Shown here: piece by piece, positions 63,854-64,000 of the stretch | Layout: each line of letters opens with the position of its first letter | Position numbering within the stretch: position 1 is the first letter of the stretch | Assembly (NCBI RefSeq): GCF_001194135.2 | Contig: NC_069004.1 | Coordinates: forward strand, 19,646,219 to 19,710,218 | Direction of reading: 5' to 3' | Length of the DNA stretch: 64,000 nt | Source of the DNA: Octopus bimaculoides | Lineage: Eukaryota | Translations under genes and position numbers: made by a program | Notes under the pieces: generated by a model | Databases searched by the model: none | The model's input: the letters and a program-made list of their open reading frames with translations, nothing else | What the model was told of the DNA's origin: nothing

Positions 63854-64000
63854 ATAATATAGCCTGAACAGGATAAACTATCCCTGTTTGGCAGAGAAAA
63901 GTGTAGGTGGCTCACGGGGATGTGAGTTTGAGTCCACAGCTAGCCACCTACACTTTTCTCTGCAAAATAGGGATAGTTTATCCTGTTCAGGCTATATTAT
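63854..64000. repeat. Near-perfect hairpin (MITE-like), truncated by the window end
   Basis: Arms 63854-63912 and 63942-64000 (59 bp, 2 mismatches) around a 29-nt spacer. Confidence 0.9.

Overview
AT-rich, repeat-dense animal genomic DNA with several N gaps. The SINE families suggest an octopus or other cephalopod (inference). The only host gene I can support is the 5' part of REV3L (DNA polymerase zeta catalytic subunit) on the + strand. It appears as eight short GT-AG exons (3372-57258) spread over about 54 kb; exon 1 lies upstream of the window and the rest of the gene downstream. One phase-1 to phase-2 exon is missing between 47123 and 49934 and probably sits in the 48306-48768 gap. The introns hold tRNA-derived SINEs, RTE LINE pieces, Tc1/mariner relics, TTAA-flanked piggyBac-like MITEs, two relics of a CRE-like restriction-endonuclease retrotransposon, and microsatellites. 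The most interesting signal is three different Penelope-type minimal hammerhead-ribozyme motifs. One is present in both polarities in a 237-bp-arm inverted repeat (476-1077). One is in two about 99%-identical 138-bp elements (29677-29814, 53552-53689). One is a degenerate copy at 50851-50892. Apart from the REV3L exons and transposon relics, the ORF track looks like noise. All identifications are by eye and from memory of the families; no searches were run.
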